Assembly (NCBI GenBank): GCA_050116575.1
Contig: JASFOJ010000006.1
Span: 175 to 64,174, forward strand
Origin: Gammaproteobacteria bacterium
GTDB taxonomy: Bacteria; Pseudomonadota; Gammaproteobacteria; SZUA-152
Length of the DNA stretch: 64,000 nucleotides
Reading direction: 5' to 3'
Shown here: piece after piece, positions 1-9,228 of the stretch
Layout: each line of letters opens with the position of its first letter
How positions within the stretch are numbered: the first letter of the stretch is position 1
Translations under genes and position numbers: made by a program
Notes under the pieces: model-generated
The model's database searches: none
The model's input: only the letters and a program-made list of their open reading frames with translations
What the model was told of the DNA's origin: nothing

Positions 1-244
1 AGCAGGAAAACACGCAATTTTACAGATAGATACTGAATCAATGATTCCCAACTACGCAATAACGGGGATAACGCACAAAAGCAGCTTTTTCAGCGATATG
101 ACATTGGCAACCGATGAATAAATGGGAATCCGGCGCTAAAATTTCGGATATCGGCAGTCGATAGAACCTCTAATGGTTGTTACCATCGCTCGATCACGTG
201 GATCTGATTAACACGAGAATCGCTCAACCCTGTATTGATAGACC

Positions 245-991
245 ATGCGCTGGTTTAAAAAAAGCAAAGACAAGTCCTCCGGTAAACTGATTACGCTTAA
301 GCGCCTGAAAACCACCGCGCGCTGGAGCGGCCGTATACTGCTCGCCCTGTTTTTTGTGGAAATCGGTTTTATATGGGGCCTGATGCCTGACTGGGACGAA
401 TTCGCCAACGGCCCGATACCCAAATCCCGCGCCATTAAAAAGTACGAATACCTACATACCGTCGACCCCTCAACGCCCCGTTTACACTGGAACCCGGTCA
501 GCCTCGAATCGCTGCCTAAACACGTGTCGCGGGCTGTCGTGGTTGCCGAAGACTCGCGTTTTTACCAACACAAGGGCCTGGATCAAAAAGCCATTGAGAA
601 AGCCATCGAATATAATTTGTCAAAAGGACGCATAGTCTATGGCGCCAGCACCATATCACAGCAGACCATTAAAAACCTTTTTCTGACCCGATCCCGCAAC
701 CCATTACGTAAACTGCATGAAGTCATATTGACCTACATGATGGAACAAAATGTAGGGAAAAAACGCATCCTGGAAATTTATTTGAACATCGCGGAATTCG
801 GCACCGGTATTTTCGGTGTCGATGCCGCGGCACATTATTACTTTGGTAAACCTGCGCGTTACCTGTCAATGGCTGAATCCATTGAACTGGCCGCCACGTT
901 GCCCGCTCCCACCAAGCACAACCCGCGGACACGCACCCGCTTTTTTCAACGAAAGGTCAACAAGATATCCCGGCATATGGGTTATTACTGA
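245..991 (+). CDS. mtgA: Monofunctional biosynthetic peptidoglycan transglycosylase (GT51 family)
   Basis: 248 aa with an N-terminal TM anchor and GT51 motifs (RAVVVAEDSRFYQHKGLD, GASTISQQTIKNLFLT, ILEIYLNIAEFG). Confidence 0.9.
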   Translation: MRWFKKSKDKSSGKLITLKRLKTTARWSGRILLALFFVEIGFIWGLMPDWDEFANGPIPKSRAIKKYEYLHTVDPSTPRLHWNPVSLESLPKHVSRAVVVAEDSRFYQHKGLDQKAIEKAIEYNLSKGRIVYGASTISQQTIKNLFLTRSRNPLRKLHEVILTYMMEQNVGKKRILEIYLNIAEFGTGIFGVDAAAHYYFGKPARYLSMAESIELAATLPAPTKHNPRTRTRFFQRKVNKISRHMGYY

Positions 992-1199
992 CAACCGGCG
1001 CCGGTTTTTGGCAATGCGATGCTTTGCTGTATGAAAAAGCAACTGCGCGCTGTGATACTTTTGTGATGTCTGCGTGAGGGTCGCGTTAATCTTGTCTTTC
1101 ACAATTACCCCTGACTACGAACCGGGACGCCATTCGCTTTGTTGCGCCCGCTGTTCGAAGCTTTTTTACCAACATTCACTAAATCCGACAGGGGGAATT

Positions 1200-1916
1200 A
1201 TGAAGAAAAAACCACTGCTCTGCCTTGTTTCCGGCGCTCTGTTTTCCATAATGGGCGCATCCGCCGCCAACGCGGCGCAATGGGACGTTACTGTCACCAA
1301 CCTTACGCATGGTAACCACTTTACGCCGTTATTGATCACTGCCCATGGCGCCAGTGATCATGTATTTGAAGTGGGCACGGCCGCATCCAGCGACTTGCAG
1401 GCCATGGCCGAATGCGGTGATCTATCGGGACTTCTGGTCACCTATCCCGCCGACGATGATACGGTCGACAACCCGGCCGGCGGTCTTCTGGCACCCGGAG
1501 CCAGCGCTTCCACCATGCTGGACACTTCGATGACTGGTAATACCCATCTGTCCGTTGTTGCGATGGTATTGCCTACCAATGACGCCTTTGTGGGTCTGGA
1601 TGCCCTGGAAGTACCTATGGCAGCCGGGACTTACACTTATTATCTCAACGCCTATGACGCCGGCACCGAGGCCAATAATGAATTGCTGGATACCAGCGGT
1701 TGTGCCACAAACATGCCCGGTATTCCCGGTGCTCCCGGTATGGACGCCGGTACCGGCGGTACCGGTGTTGCCGCCGCTGACAGCAATACCACGGTTCATG
1801 TGCACCGTGGCATTCTCGGTGACACTAATTCCACAGGCGGCATCAGCGACCTGGATAGTACGATTCACCGTTGGCAAAACCCGGTGGCTAAAGTTGTTAT
1901 CACGGTTACGCCATAA
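1200..1916 (+). CDS. Secreted Spondin_N-like domain protein
   Basis: Signal peptide (MKKKPLLCLVSGALFSIMGASAANA). The motif VTVTNLTHGNHFTPLLITAHG matches the bacterial F-spondin N-domain signature. RBS GGGGGA upstream of the ATG at 1200. The ORF-track upstream extension is unlikely to be translated. Confidence 0.7.
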   Translation: MKKKPLLCLVSGALFSIMGASAANAAQWDVTVTNLTHGNHFTPLLITAHGASDHVFEVGTAASSDLQAMAECGDLSGLLVTYPADDDTVDNPAGGLLAPGASASTMLDTSMTGNTHLSVVAMVLPTNDAFVGLDALEVPMAAGTYTYYLNAYDAGTEANNELLDTSGCATNMPGIPGAPGMDAGTGGTGVAAADSNTTVHVHRGILGDTNSTGGISDLDSTIHRWQNPVAKVVITVTP

Positions 1917-1926
1917 GGAGGTTGCA

Positions 1927-2637
1927 ATGCGGCTAAATAACAATCTTCACATGATTAAACTGATCCTGTTACTGGCATTGACCATGGTAGCGACCGGATG
2001 CTCTCACAATGATGACAACAACACCATGGCAATGTATGAAGTCACCGTTACCAATATTACCAATAATCAACCATTGGCACCGGTGGCGGTTATTGCCCAC
2101 AACAGCGGGTATCAACCCTGGCACAGCGGCAGCGCTGCCAGTGACGGGTTGGAGATGCTGGCCGAAGGTGGCGATCCGTCGCAATTGGTGGCGGAAGCTG
2201 ATATGGATACCGGCGTGGTTGCAACCGCAACATCGACCGGCGGACCATTTGTGCCAGGGACCGCTAAAACCATCACCATAGAAACGATGCCCGATACCGA
2301 TTTACAGTTGAGTATCGCAACCATGCTGGTCAATACCAATGACGCCTTTGCCGGCGTTAATTCTCTGTCTATCGGTGATATGGCCATGGGCGATACAACG
2401 TCGATGATGGCGAAAGTGTACGATGCAGGTACCGAAGATAACACGGAAAGCGCGGCAACTATTCCCGGCCCTGCCGGTATGGGTGAAGGATTCAATGCAG
2501 CGCGTGACGATGTCAATTTTGTATCGATCCATGCCGGTGTGGTGACTATTGATGATGGCTTGGCGACATCCGCGTTAGACGAGAGTCATCGTTGGCTGGG
2601 ACCAGCCGCCGAGGTTAGCGTTACGCGGGTTCAATAA
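1927..2637 (+). CDS. Spondin_N-like domain lipoprotein, paralogue of the preceding gene
   Basis: Strong RBS AAGGAGG 6 bp upstream. Lipobox LALTMVATGC. The motif VTVTNITNNQPLAPVAVIAHN and NTNDAFAG are shared with the upstream paralogue. Confidence 0.7.
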   Translation: MRLNNNLHMIKLILLLALTMVATGCSHNDDNNTMAMYEVTVTNITNNQPLAPVAVIAHNSGYQPWHSGSAASDGLEMLAEGGDPSQLVAEADMDTGVVATATSTGGPFVPGTAKTITIETMPDTDLQLSIATMLVNTNDAFAGVNSLSIGDMAMGDTTSMMAKVYDAGTEDNTESAATIPGPAGMGEGFNAARDDVNFVSIHAGVVTIDDGLATSALDESHRWLGPAAEVSVTRVQ

Positions 2638-2711
2638 TAGCGCCTATTGATAAGAGTAGTAACGCTGGTGTGGAGCCTGGTTTGCGGGCGATAGAACCGT
2701 TTAACCTCGGT

Positions 2712-2899
2712 GATTGATCGCCTGCAAGCAGGCTCCTACGCCATCGATAGATTTGCGGAAAATCGTTATTCATACGATGCAATGTGCTTCGCTTATTGAC
2801 ACCCAACCCCATAATGAGACGCATTGGCAGGCTTTGACCACAAACCTGAGGAACTACCACCGGACTGGTTTCCGGTGTAGGAGCTTGCTTGCAAGCGAT
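2712..2899. repeat. MITE-like repeat unit, copy 1 (about 188 bp with 23-bp terminal inverted repeats)
   Basis: The left end atcgcctgcaagcaggctcctac and the reverse complement of the right end gtaggagcttgcttgcaagcgat match at 21 of 23 positions. Internal hairpin ccggactggtttccgg. ORF-track ORFs 2714-2959 and 2962-3357 lie inside the repeats and are judged spurious. Confidence 0.6.
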
Positions 2900-2919
2900 T
2901 GTAGTTGTTCCAGGCCGGG

Positions 2920-3108
2920 GATTGATCGCCTGCACGGCAGGCTCCTACGCCATCGATAGGTTTGCGGAAAACCGTTATTCATAGGGTGCAATGCGCTTCG
3001 CTTATTGACACCTTACCCCATAATGAGACGCATTGGCAGGCTTTGACCACAAACCTGAGGGACTACCACCGGACTGGTTTCCGGTGTAGGAGCTTGCTTG
3101 CAAGCGAT
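2920..3108. repeat. MITE-like repeat unit, copy 2 (tandem, about 95% identical to copy 1)
   Basis: Near-identical direct copy 208 bp downstream of copy 1 with the same terminal inverted repeats. The two copies are separated by a 20-bp spacer. Confidence 0.6.
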
Positions 3109-3152
3109 CGGACGTTAAGTTCTTTGCGGCGTGTATTTTTTCCACGCGGGTT

Positions 3153-4007
3153 TTATTGGTTTCGGCGAAACACGATGAACGATACATCATCGGGTTTGGA
3201 GGGAAAATCGGTATCTTCGTGGCGCATGCGTTTGTTGCAAAGGTCAATCAGCTGGCGGCAGACTTTTTTCAATGAACCTTTGCGAATAATACTTACGATT
3301 TCCGATACTGTCAGGTTGTCAAATAAGCCATCGGTCGCCAGGATCACCGTATCATAACGGGACAACTGTAACGTGGGCCCGATTTCAATGCGCATCTCGG
3401 GATTGCCAACGTAATTGGACACCACGTGGCGGTCGTCGTGATGCAGGGCTTCCTGTTCGTTCAGCAAACCCGATTCCACCGCGTATCCCACCGGGGAATG
3501 GGAAATGGTCTGCAGTTTGATTTTACCCCGCTGACCCACGACGAGGATCATCGAATCACCCACATGGTAGGGGCGCAGGATATTGTTACTGATTTCCACC
3601 GCGGCCGTGGTGGAACCGGCGCCAACGCCCAGCTCATTGATATTTTCATTGGCCTGTTCAATACCGTTGAGCATGTAGTCACGGTAGCCAAACTCGGAAG
3701 GCTCGGCACTAACGAAGGCGCGTTGCAGGGATTCCACTACGATTTTCGATGCCTGATCACCGCAAGGCATCCCTCCCATACCGTCAGCGACCACCAACGC
3801 ACAGGCGTTTTGATCCATATTAAAGACCGCCGCTGAATCTTCATTGCTGGTGTCCTTTTCCGGCGACCGGCTTACATATACCCCGACCGTACCCGTCGTA
3901 ATAGCATAGGTTTCGGCCACATCGTGCATATCACCGTTGGTATAAAGTTTTTCTGTTGTGGCTTCATCCACGGAAGCCCTTTGTCTGGTTTTTCCGTTTA
4001 TTGCCAC
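3153..4007 (-). CDS. PP2C-family Ser/Thr protein phosphatase
   Basis: Motifs ALVVADGMGGMPCGDQAS and ILATDGLFDNL match PP2C metal-binding motifs. The start codon region overlaps the stop of the upstream kinase-like gene (3998-4007). Confidence 0.8.
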   Translation of the reverse strand: MAINGKTRQRASVDEATTEKLYTNGDMHDVAETYAITTGTVGVYVSRSPEKDTSNEDSAAVFNMDQNACALVVADGMGGMPCGDQASKIVVESLQRAFVSAEPSEFGYRDYMLNGIEQANENINELGVGAGSTTAAVEISNNILRPYHVGDSMILVVGQRGKIKLQTISHSPVGYAVESGLLNEQEALHHDDRHVVSNYVGNPEMRIEIGPTLQLSRYDTVILATDGLFDNLTVSEIVSIIRKGSLKKVCRQLIDLCNKRMRHEDTDFPSKPDDVSFIVFRRNQ

Positions 4008-4735
4008 TGCATGGTCTCGATGTATTCCCGGAGCTGTCCGGCGGTTTTGAACTTTTTGAAGATGAGCGAACTCTTCAGGCCGCAGATAATGGCTTTGATT
4101 TCCGGGGGTTGTTTGGCGTAATGCTTTTGCCCGCCAAGGGCGTCATAAAAAACACGAATCAGACTGACAACATCATGACGAATGTTTTCGTAGCGCGCCG
4201 CTCCCCAATAGTACATATCAATAAGTTTCAGCTCATAACTCAACCCGAAACGGCTGATAATAATATTGTCAGTGTGTAAATCACCGTGGTATTCGCGCAT
4301 GTGATGAATGGTTTCGATGCCCTTGGCCAGGGCGTGCAACAAATGCAACGCCTGAAACGCTGACAGGCGTTTTCCCGGTTGCCGGTTAATAAACGCACTC
4401 AGCAATTCGCCTTCGATATAGTCTGACACCAAAAACGTAATGGGAACGCTGCGGTACATTATGGTGTCCTGGGTAAAATACTGGATCAGGATGGGACAAT
4501 GCCGCAATTTGTGAAGTTTTTGCGCATAAAACTTGAAAGCCCTATTGTTGGGGTTGCGCTGCGGGAAAAAAAACTTGGCGGCCCGCTCGATATTGGTCAG
4601 TACCTCGCGGACCAGATAAACCTCTCCTTCCCAGCCTTCTCCCAGCTTGCTGATGACCTCATATTTTTTGGCCAGTACTCTGCCCGGCTGAAAGTCAAAG
4701 GAATCGATGACCAGTTTTTTCGTGGTTTTTGCCAT
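3998..4735 (-). CDS. Protein kinase-like domain protein (APH/RIO/Kdo-kinase-like catalytic loop HGDLHTDN)
   Basis: Gly-rich loop LGEGWEGEVY and catalytic-loop-like HGDLHTDNIIIS in a 245-aa protein. Translationally coupled to the PP2C gene. Confidence 0.6.
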   Translation of the reverse strand: MAKTTKKLVIDSFDFQPGRVLAKKYEVISKLGEGWEGEVYLVREVLTNIERAAKFFFPQRNPNNRAFKFYAQKLHKLRHCPILIQYFTQDTIMYRSVPITFLVSDYIEGELLSAFINRQPGKRLSAFQALHLLHALAKGIETIHHMREYHGDLHTDNIIISRFGLSYELKLIDMYYWGAARYENIRHDVVSLIRVFYDALGGQKHYAKQPPEIKAIICGLKSSLIFKKFKTAGQLREYIETMQWQ

Positions 4736-5195
4736 ACGACCGTGTTTTACCCTGAAATCGATAATATTATTAACAACTTACTGCCCCCGGATTTTACGAC
4801 AAGTATAGCCAATTTGCCGTAAAAACCTACGATTCAGCGTAAAAACATGGATTTAACTGATTGATCGGGAATGACTCAGGGGCAGCGGCGCTGCAGAAAG
4901 GCACATATATATAGTGCCTTATCCCTGTGACGGCCAATTTTTACGATAGTTAAGGTGTTAGCACGATGCCGATCGCCTACGCAATTATTTTGGTGCATAT
5001 AAACCCGCTACGGCAAACGCAGGCCCGCACCCTATCTCGTACAATAACTCCCGCTTACAATAATAAAGTCGTTCGCGATCTGCCAATATGGAACCAAACC
5101 GCTCGCGCTGTTATCTTTCGGCATTGGGACACCACAGACATTGGTTACCATTTAGTTAAAATACAAACAGTTACTCACATTTATTGAATCATTTT

Positions 5196-6041
5196 ATGAT
5201 CACCGGCAGCCTGGACAAATGGGATCCCCACTTCTTGCAGCGCCACCCTGCCTTCTGGCCACTGCAACCTTTTGCAGGCGATTTTGTGCAGGCACACGCA
5301 CGGTGGCCCGGTTTGGCCGACTTCCAGCGGTTCTTTGAACAGGGTGTGGAAACGCATTGCTCGGCTAATAACCAACCCCTGACATTTGTGGCACAGGGCG
5401 CCAGGCCGCAACGCTTCGAAGACGGTTATGAACCCCGTATATATTTACAGGGGGAAATCCAGACACGGCTCAACAACTGGCACGATTTCTTTCAGGTCAT
5501 GGTCTGGCGCATGTTCCCGACAACCAAGGTGTTGCTGAATAAACTACATCATGACGCCATCAAACAGCGACTCGACAACTGCCCCAACCAAACGCAGCGC
5601 AGTACCAGGGAGAACATGCTTACCCAGTTTGATGAATGTGGGGCGGTAGTCCTGGCTTCCGACCCCGGTCTGCTGGCATTGATCAGGGAATTTCAATGGA
5701 AATCCCTGTTTTGGCAACGGCGAAACGAGCTTGCCGGCAAATTAAAATGCATCGTTTTCGGTCATGCCATCTACGAAAAACTGCTGCACCCGTATATCGG
5801 CATGACGGCCCATAGCGTGTTACTACCCGTGGCGCAGGATCTTCTGGAACAATCCACGCAAGTCATCGTGGCCGAAACAGACAAATTGTTAACGGGGATT
5901 TTTTCAGACCCGCATACCGTGCGTTCGCCACAGGACCTGTTTCCCTTCCCTCTTCTTGGATTACCCGATTGGGCCGCCAATTCCTCGGAAGCTTTTTACG
6001 ACGATACCGGTTACTTCCGTCCGCGGCGACACAACCGCTAA
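5196..6041 (+). CDS. Conserved hypothetical protein (DUF3025-like)
   Basis: About 280 aa with no TM segment and a C-terminal motif DLFPFPLLGLPDWAANSSEAFYDD. The domain assignment is from memory only. Confidence 0.4.
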   Translation: MITGSLDKWDPHFLQRHPAFWPLQPFAGDFVQAHARWPGLADFQRFFEQGVETHCSANNQPLTFVAQGARPQRFEDGYEPRIYLQGEIQTRLNNWHDFFQVMVWRMFPTTKVLLNKLHHDAIKQRLDNCPNQTQRSTRENMLTQFDECGAVVLASDPGLLALIREFQWKSLFWQRRNELAGKLKCIVFGHAIYEKLLHPYIGMTAHSVLLPVAQDLLEQSTQVIVAETDKLLTGIFSDPHTVRSPQDLFPFPLLGLPDWAANSSEAFYDDTGYFRPRRHNR

Positions 6042-6182
6042 TTACAACTGGTTCACTGTTTCGCAGCCACAGCCGCCTATGATTGATTTTCTGTGATTGT
6101 ATTCACAGCACACCGGTCTCCAATCCATTTTAATTAGCCCCAACAATAATATTTATCCTCCACAAGCAAAGGGACATGTGTG

Positions 6183-7430
6183 ATGATCAAAGGCAAACTC
6201 AAGGCTGTAAAGTCAGACGCTGTATGGCAAAAAATCTATAAAATTTCACAACTTTTTCCAACCGGTTATGCCGCTGGTGTGGCCGTTATCGCATTCCTTG
6301 GATACGCCTACCTGCTGCTGTTCCCCCTTTTACTCATTGCCGGCATCTGGCAAATCGTGACATTCCCTTTGCAGGATCACGTCGCTGGCTCGGAGGTGAC
6401 TTTTATTCTGTTCTGGGCGGGGATCACCGCGTTGGCGGGCAGCGTAACCGCGCACCTGATCAAGCTGCGGTTCCAGAAAATCGAAGGCATTGCCGTCGAT
6501 CCGCATATGGCAAACAAACTTTATCGTCTGTTGGATAAAATCAACGTCCAGATGTCCGTTCCACATATTGACCGCATCGTGGTCACGGAACAATTGTCGC
6601 TGGACCTGGTAAAAACACCGGTGGTGTCTTTTCCGGTCTGGTCCAGCAATACGCTGGTTATCGGACTACCGTTAATGCAGTGCCTGTCGCCGGAATACTT
6701 CGAATGCGCCGTTACCCGCAAACTGCTGCAATACAGCAAACAGCACCATTGGTTCATCAAGTGGTTATATCAACTGCGTATGGCCTGGACGCTGCACTTG
6801 CAGGCAGCGTCCGCCAACGTGACGTTCAATAATTTTCTGCTATTGCTGTTCTTCCGCGCCTATGCGCCATTTTACCGGCGTGTCTCCACGCCGGTTGCGC
6901 ACCGTTGCGAACTGGAAGCGGACAAAGACACGCTGGAACTGATAAACGACGAGGATCTGCTACAAACCATTGAAACCGTGATTGTCACCAAGATTTTTCT
7001 TGATCAGCAATACTGGCCCAAAATCGAGAAAATGCTGCTGGATAATTCCCTACAGCGTATCCAGCCCTACACAAAGCTGGAGGATATACTTAAAGGCGGA
7101 CTCAACACCAAGAACACCAAACGATGGCTCGATACCATTTATACCCATGAACCCCGGCGCATCAACGCGGTTCCCGGCTTACGCGACCGAATGCAGAATA
7201 TCGGCCGCAGCCGCATTCGAATCCCGGAAAAAATCACCGAATCCGCGGCGCATTACTATCTCGACAAGAACTATCCGAGCATTGTAGCGGGGATTAATCG
7301 AATGTGGCAGCAACGCTGTAATCGGCCGAATACCTCATCGGCAGGTTCAGCGGCAACGCAAAACGTCACGACGATTCCCGGTGCACCCGGGGGGTCGTCG
7401 ACACACCTGTCAGGCAACCTGTTTCACTAA
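6183..7430 (+). CDS. Integral membrane protein with M48/M56-peptidase-like core lacking HEXXH
   Basis: At least four TM helices in the N-terminal half. The segment NTLVIGLPLMQCLSPEYFECAVTRKLLQY resembles the M48 region vtxGLlxxLxxeElxaVlaHElgH, with His-Glu-His replaced by Thr-Arg-Gln. Confidence 0.4.
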   Translation: MIKGKLKAVKSDAVWQKIYKISQLFPTGYAAGVAVIAFLGYAYLLLFPLLLIAGIWQIVTFPLQDHVAGSEVTFILFWAGITALAGSVTAHLIKLRFQKIEGIAVDPHMANKLYRLLDKINVQMSVPHIDRIVVTEQLSLDLVKTPVVSFPVWSSNTLVIGLPLMQCLSPEYFECAVTRKLLQYSKQHHWFIKWLYQLRMAWTLHLQAASANVTFNNFLLLLFFRAYAPFYRRVSTPVAHRCELEADKDTLELINDEDLLQTIETVIVTKIFLDQQYWPKIEKMLLDNSLQRIQPYTKLEDILKGGLNTKNTKRWLDTIYTHEPRRINAVPGLRDRMQNIGRSRIRIPEKITESAAHYYLDKNYPSIVAGINRMWQQRCNRPNTSSAGSAATQNVTTIPGAPGGSSTHLSGNLFH

Positions 7431-7475
7431 CACCCTCACTCAAGGAAAAGTTACTCTCGTCTCGGACATGGACGT

Positions 7476-8102
7476 CTATTTTTTCGGTACCACGATCGTT
7501 AACACGCCGTCCTTATAGTCGGTTTTCATTTTTTCCGGGACAACCGGCTCGGGCAATGTTATTGTCCGCTTGAACTGCCCAAAGAAACGCTCACTGCGCA
7601 GCATATTCCCGCTATTGTTCCCATTTTGCTGTTTATTGGATTTGCGGGTTGTCGCTGATATATGCAATTGGTTACCGTCCAACTTGACGTTAATATTCGA
7701 CTCATCGGCCCCCGGAATGTCCACGGTAATGACGTAACGGTCATCCTGGTCCTGCATGTCCACGTTGGGCGCGAACGTGAAGCCACCGTTTAAGTCGTTG
7801 AAGTTGGGGTTGACCTGCAACTGGGAGCGCATATCACCAAATATTTTATTCATTTCATTTTGCATGCGTTGCATTTCTTCAAAGGGGTTCCAGTCATCAC
7901 TAAATGGATCACCTTTGGGGAGCTTAGGCAATTTTGCCGACGGCGCCGGTGCATTTGACGACGGGGGCTGTTGCAGTGCCTGGACATCTGAGCGCCCGCC
8001 CAGTTGTTCCACTTGCCTGGACAGGTTATAGGTATAAAACGCCTGAGCGGCGATGACGAGAATCAATACCGCGCCGATGGCGATGATCGCTTTATTATTC
8101 AT
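7476..8102 (-). CDS. Hsp20/alpha-crystallin family small heat-shock protein with N-terminal TM anchor
   Basis: The alpha-crystallin domain motifs are DRYVITVDIPG, KLDGNQLHISA, FKRTITLPEPV and KDGVLTIVVPK. The N-terminus MNNKAIIAIGAVLILVIAAQAF is hydrophobic. RBS AGGAG before the MNNK start; the start was chosen by aa offset from the ORF track. Confidence 0.8.
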   Translation of the reverse strand: MNNKAIIAIGAVLILVIAAQAFYTYNLSRQVEQLGGRSDVQALQQPPSSNAPAPSAKLPKLPKGDPFSDDWNPFEEMQRMQNEMNKIFGDMRSQLQVNPNFNDLNGGFTFAPNVDMQDQDDRYVITVDIPGADESNINVKLDGNQLHISATTRKSNKQQNGNNSGNMLRSERFFGQFKRTITLPEPVVPEKMKTDYKDGVLTIVVPKK

Positions 8103-8316
8103 CTTCAACTCCTGCATACTTAACCGGAATGAGACATACACCTAATTTCTTTACGGAAAATAGCGTTTACTGAAAAAATTTCAAGTACTGGCCTGATAGG
8201 TTCTATAAAATTACCGTTGCCACGACTATCATTAGTCACATTACTCAAAACGATACGGCAGTTGCTGCAGCCAACGGCGCAGTAACACCTTTCGATCAAT
8301 CATCAAAGGATCCACT

Positions 8317-8931
8317 ATGACCGTAAGCACAACCACTACTTTACCGACAACAACGATCACAAAAAGATTCGCCGCTGCTGTGTTCATCGTCTTGTGCAGC
8401 GTACTGGCCACCAGCGGCTGTAGTGACGACCATCAGGCAGAACCCACAACTCAGGATACAACCAGCACACCACCCTCGCCCGCTCAAACCGCAGAAAATA
8501 CAACATCTGAATCAGAATCAGAGCAACCACCGGCCGCAACCGGCGGGGAACAGGAACCCATGGAGACCGCCAAAACTGAATCAACCCCGGCGGAAACTGA
8601 ACCTGCCACGACCCCGTCCGCCGAAACGCAACAAACCGCTGCCAGTGCTGGAGATCACGGCGACATGCTGGCATTGGCCCGCAAAAGTGGATGCCTTGCC
8701 TGCCACAGCGTCGATAAAAAAATCGTGGGACCGGCCTGGAAAGATGTCTCCAAACGCTACGCCGGCAAGGCCGACATTCGCTCCCAGTTAATCGAAAAAA
8801 TTTCCAAGGGTGGACGCGGCAACTGGACCGAGGTCGTGGGCAATGTCGCCATGCCGCCCTATTATCCCCGTGTCACCAAGGAAAACATCGGCAAACTGGT
8901 CGATTTCGTGCTATCCCTGGCCAAATCATAA
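8317..8931 (+). CDS. Lipoprotein c-type cytochrome (class I, CxxCH)
   Basis: Lipobox LATSGC. A roughly 90-aa T/P/E-rich linker, then GCLACHSVDKKIVGPAWKDV (CxxCH) and a distal Met (VAMPPYY). Confidence 0.85.
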   Translation: MTVSTTTTLPTTTITKRFAAAVFIVLCSVLATSGCSDDHQAEPTTQDTTSTPPSPAQTAENTTSESESEQPPAATGGEQEPMETAKTESTPAETEPATTPSAETQQTAASAGDHGDMLALARKSGCLACHSVDKKIVGPAWKDVSKRYAGKADIRSQLIEKISKGGRGNWTEVVGNVAMPPYYPRVTKENIGKLVDFVLSLAKS

Positions 8932-9228
8932 ATCGGGCGACGATACTCATCTGACGTTGTAATACCGGCCGGCAACGTAATCGTTGCCGGCCGATTGCCT
9001 ATTCTCAGGCAGCCTAATTTCGGCAAATAAATTTCAGCAGACAATGCATTCACAGATCGTGACCGTTTTCGGATCAATGACGCTACAACTTCGGCGTTCA
9101 GTTTTGGTTCAGCTTCGCTATTCACTGTCATTTTTTTTTCCGCCTACCGACGGTTATCACCCCTTGGCGCGTTTACCCCATAACGCGGGGTGAAAGATGT
9201 TGATATAAATAACCGTGAAGGAGGCCCT

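Noticed and set aside
1074-1199. An N-terminal extension of the first spondin-like ORF (1074-1199) and a long alternative ORF at 1555-2637.
   Set aside because: The extensions have no RBS and unusual composition. Internal ATGs at 1200 and 1927 have strong RBSs and are followed immediately by signal peptides.
2714-3357. ORF-track ORFs 2714-2959 (+) and 2962-3357 (+).
   Set aside because: They are near-identical to each other only because they lie on the two tandem MITE-like repeat copies, so they are artefacts of the duplication rather than coding sequences.
8940-9000. GC-rich hairpin (ccggccggcaacg…cgttgccggccg) after the cytochrome c gene as an intrinsic terminator.
   Set aside because: It is not followed by a T-run, so it may be a rho-dependent or RNA-stability element at best. 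It is not called as a feature.
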